Source: Nitrospirota bacterium
GTDB taxonomy: Bacteria > Nitrospirota > Thermodesulfovibrionia > Thermodesulfovibrionales > Dissulfurispiraceae
DNA length: 24,358 bases
Direction of reading: 5' to 3'
Assembly (NCBI GenBank): GCA_040754455.1
Contig: JBFMCP010000040.1
Coordinates: 1 to 24,358 of the forward strand
Shown here: positions 18,291 to 24,358 of the stretch, in pieces
How positions within the stretch are numbered: position 1 is the first letter of the stretch
Layout: each line of letters opens with the position of its first letter
Translations under genes and position numbers: made by a program
The notes under the pieces: model-generated
Database searches by the model: none
The model's input: only the letters and a program-made list of their open reading frames with translations
Told to the model about the DNA's origin: nothing

Positions 18291-18935
18291 TTATTTCTTT
18301 TTATTCTTCTTCGCCTGAGCTTTCTTTTCCGCCTGTTTTTGCTCCTGCTCTTTTGCCTGTTCCTGCTCTTTCTCTTTCGCCGCCTTGTACGCCATCATGC
18401 CGCCTCTCAGATACTTCACATTTGTGTAGCCGAGCATAGAGAGGTACATCTGCCCTGTTGCAGAGCGCGGCCCCGCGGCGCAATAGACGACGATCTCGGT
18501 GATCTTCAGTGCAGGCAGCTTGTCGAGGTTTTTCCGCATTTCTTCAAGAGGTATGTTGATGGCGTCAGGGATGTGCTCTTCGTTGTAGTCCTTTGCCCCC
18601 CGCAGGTCAATGGTGACGAGGCCGGGATTGTCCCTCTTTCTCGATGTGTATTCTTCATAGGTTATCGCATTGTAGGAGCCGGTGAGGGTCATCAGAAAGC
18701 GGGTCGCTGCATCGGCCTGGTACGCGTCGTTATAGGCGCGCCAGAGTTTATTGTTGCCCGGCTCAATGGTGATCGCCTTGCGGAGCACCTTCGTGGCGTC
18801 ACTGAACTCTCCTTTGTTATAGAGGTCGATTCCCTGCTTCAGGAGATCCTGCGCTGTCTCTGCAGAGACAGCAGGCGTCTGCGTCAACAGGAACAGGGCA
18901 AAGAGCACGCATGCAGAGAGAATTATTTTCTTCAT
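18291..18935 (-). CDS. Exported TPR + rhodanese (sulfurtransferase) domain protein
   Basis: Signal peptide (VSA); TPR-like GIDLYNKGEFSDA...AITIEP; IDLR...HIPDAINIP; active loop YCAAGPRS; LRGGM; Lys/Glu/Gln-rich tail. Confidence 0.88.
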   Translation of the reverse strand: MKKIILSACVLFALFLLTQTPAVSAETAQDLLKQGIDLYNKGEFSDATKVLRKAITIEPGNNKLWRAYNDAYQADAATRFLMTLTGSYNAITYEEYTSRKRDNPGLVTIDLRGAKDYNEEHIPDAINIPLEEMRKNLDKLPALKITEIVVYCAAGPRSATGQMYLSMLGYTNVKYLRGGMMAYKAAKEKEQEQAKEQEQKQAEKKAQAKKNKKK

Positions 18936-18937
18936 GG

Positions 18938-20275
18938 CTATTTCCTCCCCGCCTCTCGGCCTGTTTTCTGCGGTATTTTTTCTACGATGACCCTGCTGTT
19001 CGCCTTGAGCTCATTCGGAACGATGTCTTCCTTCCTCAGGAAGAGCGCTGCGTTGCCGTGGCAGGAATCGCAGGACCTGTTCTGCGGTGTGAGTCGCTGC
19101 ACGTTGTGGGGAGCGGCGTATTTCCATGTGGGGACAGTATTGAAGCCGGTCATCATATTCGGTCCGTAGGCAGAAGCGAGGTCAGGTGTTGTCGGCGCAT
19201 GCCGTACTACAACATACTCATAGGGCCGGTCGTTCCGGTAGTTCCTGCCGATCTTGAACGCCATGAAGGAATGGTCGATCTTATAAAAACGGGCTGTAAT
19301 TTTTCCATCTTCCTCCTTGTATTCGAGATGGCAGTTTTTGCAGTTCTTTGCAATGACAGAATGGCAGACATTGCATTGGAGCCGGTCGCCATGGATGGCG
19401 TGCTGCTCCACTGTTGTGTTCCCTTGCAGCACATCCTTATGGCACTCTTTGCAGTCAGGGAGGAGCGGATTATCATAGCGGTCCCGGAGCGGTGTGCCGG
19501 TCCCATGGAGAGCATTCTCCCTCTTATGGCAGCCGAGGCAGACCATGCCGGAAAGGCGGACATGCGTGTCGGCAGGAGCGCCGGGGTTTTGACCGTAAAA
19601 TTCGTCACCGGCGCGGGCGCTGTGGCAAATGCCACAGGTCATATCCTCGGGAGGAGTCTTTAAAAAGGTATGGCCTGCAAGCAGGCCGCCTTTTGCCGGA
19701 CCTTTCGGTCTGTTGACGTGGCAGTCGCCGCAGGAGGCGTGGCAAGAGTAGCAGTGGCCTTTGAAGATGCCCCCCAGTTCTTTGGGGCCGTCCCCTGTTT
19801 TATCGGGATTCCAGCGCTCTTTTAGGGGCTGCTTCATTCCCGAGGCGGTCATATGCAGGCTCGTTTTGAATCTGTTGACGATATCGGCATGGCACTGGGC
19901 GCAGACGTCCGGTTTTTCATCAGGGCTCCTGATGATGCCTTCATGCGCCTTTTTCATGTCCGTTGCCTTGCCGTCACCGTTGTGGCAGAACGTACAGCCC
20001 TGCGCATTGTGCGTCGAATTCAGAAATTCCTTGCTGCTGACGTAGACGCGCTCAAAAGGCTCCAACGGAGCCACTGCTTTAGCTCACCCTTCGCCTTCCG
20101 AAAGTTTTTTTGGCGGTTCGGGCAGCGCAGGCGCAAGAGATTTCAATTTTTCGAGATTCGTGTGGCAGTCGGCACATGAGTCCGCCTTCGCCTGCTGCAA
20201 GCAGAGCAGAGAGGACAAAAACAGGAGCACAGCGGCAGTCACTAAATTGAGGCGACAACAGTTCCGTCTTTTCAT
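18938..20275 (-). CDS. Exported 11-heme cytochrome c, predicted selenoprotein (UGA=Sec at codon 64)
   Basis: ORF 20275-20084 (signal peptide + CADCH) and ORF 20074-18938 (10 CxxCH) are in the same frame, joined by TGA-GCT-AAA-GCA. A SECIS-like hairpin follows. The downstream part has no RBS or signal peptide. Confidence 0.8.
20050..20083 (-). promoter_or_regulatory. Putative bacterial SECIS element
   Basis: mRNA UGA-GCUAAAGCAGU-GGCUCC-GUU-GGAGCC-UUUUGAGC has a perfect 6-bp upper stem starting 11 nt after the UGA, an apical GU, and a possible lower stem GCU.AAAG/UUUU.AGC. Confidence 0.7.
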
Positions 20276-20353
20276 ACCTTACCCTCCATAGTGGATTCCC
20301 CCTTTGCGAGACATGTGTCTACTAATTATAATTAATAGATAATATGTTTATTA

Positions 20354-20382
20354 AAGTTAGCAACAATGAAAGCAAATGTCAA
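20354..20382 (-). promoter_or_regulatory. Sigma70-type promoter for the cytochrome-rhodanese operon
   Basis: Minus strand TTGACA-17 nt-TAACTT with TG extended -10. Confidence 0.55.
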
Positions 20383-20528
20383 TACAAAGGTAGATCTCTC
20401 CCCTGGAGGTATTTACTTGCACCCGGAGGAGAAAAATATATAATTTATATAAGTACAAACATCTTCGGACAGCTTTTGCCGACAACGGTAGAAGAAATAT
20501 CAAAGAGTAAGTTCTTGAAAGGAGCAGC

Positions 20529-21962
20529 ATGAGAAGAAGCATTGCTATAAAGCTTTTTATCGCAGGAATCATTCTGGTGAGCATAGGGGTTTTCATCGGG
20601 TCACACCTCGGTGGAGAGAAAGCACAGAACGGATCCCAGTTCATCGGGTTTCCGCAGTCCTTTGCCGATGTGTCGGCGAGGGTCACCCCTGCAGTGGTGA
20701 ATATCAGCACGACGACGACGGTAAGGGTGCCGGGTAATCCCTTCAAGCACTTTTTCGGCCCTGACGATGAAGGCCCTTTCGGTGATTTCTTCAGGCGCTT
20801 TTACGGTGATATCCCTGATCGGGAGCTGAAGCAGCAGAGTCTCGGGTCAGGTTTTGTGATCGACAAAGAGGGATATATCGTAACCAATAACCATGTTGTG
20901 GAGGCCGCCGACGAGATCAAGGTGAGGTTTGCCGACGGCAAGGAATTCAAGGCAAAGGTCGTCGGAAGAGATCCGAAGACCGATCTCGCCCTCATAAAGA
21001 TATCCTCGCTCTTCAAGGATCTCCCTGTCCTTACCCTCGGTGACCCCGATAAAATGAGAGTCGGTGATTGGGTGCTTGCTATCGGCAACCCCTTCGGCCT
21101 GGAGCATACGGTGACCCAGGGCATTATCAGTGCTACAGGAAGGGTGATCGGGGCCGGGCAGTACGATAATTTCATCCAGACTGATGCGCCGATCAATCCG
21201 GGTAACAGCGGAGGCCCGCTCGTCAACCTGAAAGGAGAGGTGATCGGTATCAACACTGCTATTGTCGCCACAGGGCAGGGCATCGGCTTTGCCATCCCGA
21301 GCAGCATGGCGAAATCGGTCATTGCCCAACTCAGGGAGAAAGGGAAGGTCGTGCGCGGATGGATCGGTGTTGCAGTACAGAACATAACGCCCGAAATTGC
21401 GCAAACCCTCGGGCTGAAAGACACCAGGGGTGCACTTATCGGAGATGTGGTTCCCGAGGGACCGGCACATAAAGCCGGAATCAAGCCGGGAGATGTCATC
21501 GTAGCATTCAATGGAAAGGACATAAAAAATATGAACGACCTTTCGCGGATTGTTGCCGAGACCACTGTGGGAAAGACGGTGCCGGTGACGATTATCAGAG
21601 ATGGGAAGAAAATGGATGTCTCGCTGACCGTTTCTGAATTGAAAGAGGGGAGAATGGCATTCCGCGCGCCCGGCCAGACGAGCAATCCGGGCATCGCTGT
21701 CAGCACGATAACGCCCCATCTTGCTCAGCAGCTCGGGCTTCGGGACAGGTCCGGAGTCGTAGTGGTTGATGTCGCGCCCGGCAGTCCTGCCGATGACGCC
21801 GGCATTGAGGTGGGGGACATCATAAAAGAGGTGAACCGTCAGTCAGTCAAGAGCAGGGAAGAGTACAGGAATGCCCTGTCCAGATTAAAACCGGGCAGTC
21901 CCGTGCTCTTTCTGATCAAGCGGGGAGCGCAGTCATTCTATATCTCTCTCAGGGCGTCATGA
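20529..21962 (+). CDS. degP: Periplasmic serine endoprotease DegP/DegQ (Do) with two PDZ domains
   Basis: TNNHVV, DLAL, GNPFGL, IQTDAPINPGNSGG and two PDZ repeats. Confidence 0.93.
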   Translation: MRRSIAIKLFIAGIILVSIGVFIGSHLGGEKAQNGSQFIGFPQSFADVSARVTPAVVNISTTTTVRVPGNPFKHFFGPDDEGPFGDFFRRFYGDIPDRELKQQSLGSGFVIDKEGYIVTNNHVVEAADEIKVRFADGKEFKAKVVGRDPKTDLALIKISSLFKDLPVLTLGDPDKMRVGDWVLAIGNPFGLEHTVTQGIISATGRVIGAGQYDNFIQTDAPINPGNSGGPLVNLKGEVIGINTAIVATGQGIGFAIPSSMAKSVIAQLREKGKVVRGWIGVAVQNITPEIAQTLGLKDTRGALIGDVVPEGPAHKAGIKPGDVIVAFNGKDIKNMNDLSRIVAETTVGKTVPVTIIRDGKKMDVSLTVSELKEGRMAFRAPGQTSNPGIAVSTITPHLAQQLGLRDRSGVVVVDVAPGSPADDAGIEVGDIIKEVNRQSVKSREEYRNALSRLKPGSPVLFLIKRGAQSFYISLRAS

Positions 21963-21981
21963 TTGCCGTCGACGATCTGCG

Positions 21982-22380
21982 ATGTTTCAGAAAAGAGACA
22001 ATAATAATAAGATCAGAGTCCGCAACCGCCGTGTCCATATGGCAAACGAGCGGACCTTTCTCGCCTGGGTCAGAACCAGCATCGGCATCATGGCCTTCGG
22101 CTTTGTTGTCGAGCGCTTTGCCCTCTTCACAAGACAGCTCTCTTTTCTCCTCGGAAAAGAGATAGCCCCTCCTCCCAAGGGATATTCCGCCTTTTTGGGT
22201 ATTGTCCTTGTCGGTCTGGGTGCGTTAATGGGAGTGCTTGCCTTTATTCGATACCGGCAGGTTGCACGACAAATAGACGAGGATACCTATTATCCTTCCC
22301 CGTTGCTCAATATCATGCTCACTCTATCGGTCCTCGTGATCGGTACGGTGCTCATTGTTTACCTGCTCCATACAATATAG
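21982..22380 (+). CDS. DUF202/YidH family inner membrane protein
   Basis: Signature HMANERTFLAWVRT and three TM helices. Confidence 0.88.
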   Translation: MFQKRDNNNKIRVRNRRVHMANERTFLAWVRTSIGIMAFGFVVERFALFTRQLSFLLGKEIAPPPKGYSAFLGIVLVGLGALMGVLAFIRYRQVARQIDEDTYYPSPLLNIMLTLSVLVIGTVLIVYLLHTI

Positions 22381-22491
22381 GAACAGGTAAAGATACTTAC
22401 GTATCCCCGCATGCTTTATGGTATGCTCATGAAAATTCCGGAAATCACGAAAATATAGAAAAAAGAGCTTCTTGAAAGGGTGGAGCGCGCG

Positions 22492-23175
22492 ATGGCGTTG
22501 AAAAGCAAGAGCACAAAGCTCGAAAAGATCATACGGGGCATTCCTCTTTTTACGTCTCTTTCCGACGAGGAACTGCGGGACCTGCAGCACATCCTTGTCG
22601 AGAAGAATTTTCCGAAGGGCAGGATCGTCCTGCTCGAAGAGGATACGCAGAACTACATGTATATTATCCTCTCCGGGAAAGTGAAGGTGGTGCACCTGGA
22701 TGAGGACGGCAAGGAGCACATTCTCGCGGTGCATAAGCCCGGTGATTTCTTCGGCGAGATGGCCCTGCTCGACGGCAAGACCGCTCCTGCAACGGTGATG
22801 ACCATGGAGGATACCGGGATCGTCATCATCGCAAAGCGGGATTTCGAAGAATACCTGCTGAGAAATGACAAGGTCCTCAGGCAAATCATCGCCATCCTAT
22901 GCTCAAGACTGCGAGAGGCATGGATGATGCTCAGGGTCCTGAGCCTGCCGAATGCCGAGGAGCGGATAAAAACCGTGCTCAGGCTGATAAGTGCGGGCAA
23001 CGGGGTAAGGGACCAGAGGGGCACGATTATTACCCTGAAGCTTACTCACCAGGATATTGCTGATTATGCGTCGGTTTCCCGCGAAACGGTTACCCGCCTT
23101 TTGAACAGGCTCGTCAAGGACGGCACTATTGAAATTCTCGACGACCGGAACATCCTCCTCAAGCCCGGTTTCTGA
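22492..23175 (+). CDS. Crp/Fnr family transcriptional regulator
   Basis: cNMP-type beta-barrel (FFGEMALL) and HTH LTHQDIADYASVSRETVTR; GGAG RBS before the ATG at 22492 (alternative GTG at 22480). Confidence 0.92.
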   Translation: MALKSKSTKLEKIIRGIPLFTSLSDEELRDLQHILVEKNFPKGRIVLLEEDTQNYMYIILSGKVKVVHLDEDGKEHILAVHKPGDFFGEMALLDGKTAPATVMTMEDTGIVIIAKRDFEEYLLRNDKVLRQIIAILCSRLREAWMMLRVLSLPNAEERIKTVLRLISAGNGVRDQRGTIITLKLTHQDIADYASVSRETVTRLLNRLVKDGTIEILDDRNILLKPGF

Positions 23176-23322
23176 AGCCTGGACTGTTCCCCGGTCCCTT
23201 TTTAACTTAAACACGTATGGCCCTACCTCTTTAAAATCGTTTTTGGTGACCTCTGTCACAACCCGACGCGTGCCGGCTTATGTACAATGAAGTCAGACAC
23301 AGAGGGAGAAGGGAGGTGTACC

Positions 23323-23553
23323 ATGCTTAAGAAGATTTTGATCGTCTGGATATCTTTTGTGGTATTTGCCGTTGTGGGCGGCGGCGGAGAGCGTTTCAGG
23401 CTGCTGAACGATGAGGCGGGATGGGTGACCCAGAAGATTGTCGATCTGCTTGCAGCGAAGGCTGACAGCTTGAAAGGAGAGGTGGACGGCCTGAAGGAGC
23501 GCATTAAGGAGTGGACAGGCGATAAGAAAGATCTCGCAAAGAATATACCTTAA
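23323..23553 (+). CDS. Small hypothetical protein (N-terminal TM plus coiled coil)
   Basis: GGGAGGT RBS before the ATG at 23323; hydrophobic N-terminus. Confidence 0.6.
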   Translation: MLKKILIVWISFVVFAVVGGGGERFRLLNDEAGWVTQKIVDLLAAKADSLKGEVDGLKERIKEWTGDKKDLAKNIP

Positions 23554-23563
23554 GGCATAATGA

Positions 23564-24241
23564 TCAGAGCCCTTTGTTCAGAAAGCCTTTCATGAGCGCA
23601 GCGGTGAACTGCTCCTCTATATTGACGCTATTACCGAAGAACCGGCTGTTCTTCTTGAGGATCTCGATGACACCATCAACATTAAGCAGGTGGCAGGGGA
23701 GTGCAGCAGAGGGATTAGAGCTGATAATGAAAAGAAGCTCCTTATTCGCTCCCACACGCCAGTAGTACCCGTTCTTGTCCTCGACAATAAAGATGAAGTG
23801 CGCTGTGCAGAGCTCCTTTAGAATGTTACCGTAGAGTGCCAGGAACTCCTTGTGCGCTATCTGTTTCGCTTCATAGACCCGTTTCCATTGAGGATTGGTG
23901 AATTCGACAATTGTATCGCCTTCCGAAGGTGTCCTCGGGGTGCGGCACTGGAATTGTACCAGATCGATATGGGCCCTCTCTGATTTGCGTGCAGGGTAGT
24001 GTTCGAGCCAGACGATCCTGTCCACCGGCCGGTTCGGGAGAAAGGTACGGTAGACCTCTGTGGCGATGCGACTGCAGACGTTCGTAAGCGATGCTCCTTT
24101 GTTGTCCTTCCTCTCGGTCATCATAACGCAGCAGACGCCGTTATCGTATTCCACGATATCGATATCATAGATGCCTTCGGGGATTTTCGGTGACGGGCGC
24201 GGTGCCGAGATCCGTATGGTACCGCTCTGCAGGAAATTCAT
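23564..24241 (-). CDS. Hypothetical protein
   Basis: 225-aa ORF with natural composition, the only long ORF in this stretch; no recognised family. Confidence 0.7.
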   Translation of the reverse strand: MNFLQSGTIRISAPRPSPKIPEGIYDIDIVEYDNGVCCVMMTERKDNKGASLTNVCSRIATEVYRTFLPNRPVDRIVWLEHYPARKSERAHIDLVQFQCRTPRTPSEGDTIVEFTNPQWKRVYEAKQIAHKEFLALYGNILKELCTAHFIFIVEDKNGYYWRVGANKELLFIISSNPSAALPCHLLNVDGVIEILKKNSRFFGNSVNIEEQFTAALMKGFLNKGL

Positions 24242-24358
24242 GGGTTATATGCCTTTCTCTTACGGTATCGAGCACGATTATTGTACTCTTTTGTGCCGTT
24301 CGCTGCAAAGCCCCTGATCAAGAAAGGGGAGCACCTGAGCACGGTAATGTATATTTAG

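Noticed and set aside
18300..18380. Repeated KEQEQ units at the rhodanese C-terminus
   Set aside because: This is a low-complexity charged tail, not a regular DNA repeat array or CRISPR.
18339..19663. Plus-strand ORFs of 276 and 250 aa
   Set aside because: Both are antisense to the rhodanese and cytochrome genes.
20084..20275. Stand-alone 63-aa monoheme cytochrome, or a pseudogene call
   Set aside because: The in-frame continuation, SECIS-like hairpin and missing export signal downstream are better explained by Sec read-through, and there are no other signs of decay.
20348..20367. Rex-like imperfect palindrome TTATTAAAGTTAGCAACAA over the cytochrome promoter
   Set aside because: The spacing and half-sites deviate from the Rex consensus, and the region is AT-rich, so a chance match is likely.
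20801..21719. Two ORFs of about 300 aa on the minus strand
   Set aside because: Both are antisense to degP, typical shadow ORFs.
22492..23175. This Crp/Fnr protein as the HcpR acting on the hcp boxes
   Set aside because: Its recognition helix is RETVTR (CRP/TGTGA type) rather than the E..SR type associated with TTGAT boxes, and it is not adjacent to hcp.

Overview
Gene-dense chromosomal window from an anaerobic Gram-negative bacterium. The gene content suggests Nitrospirota/Desulfobacterota, which is inference only. In order it holds: the end of an Ehr (hydrogenase-related, Ni-less) operon, pal, a dienelactone hydrolase, a MutY-like glycosylase without the Fe-S cluster, and a Lon(REC)-histidine kinase-sigma54 regulator operon facing a divergent sigma54-type operon (58-aa peptide, USP-like protein, small membrane protein, TauE/SafE transporter, tandem USP). 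Next come a four-gene group 3b NiFe (sulf)hydrogenase, hcp with two FNR/DNR-type boxes, a multiheme cytochrome c-rhodanese pair, degP, DUF202, a Crp/Fnr regulator and two hypothetical genes. The best finding is that the two cytochrome ORFs (20275-20084 and 20074-18938) are one reading frame interrupted by an in-frame TGA. A SECIS-like hairpin starts 11 nt after that TGA, predicting a 445-aa, 11-heme exported selenoprotein coupled to a periplasmic rhodanese. The second is a Lon protease lacking its N-domain, with a receiver domain inside its AAA+ module that resembles the receiver of the neighbouring sigma54 activator. No rRNA, tRNA, CRISPR or mobile element was seen.
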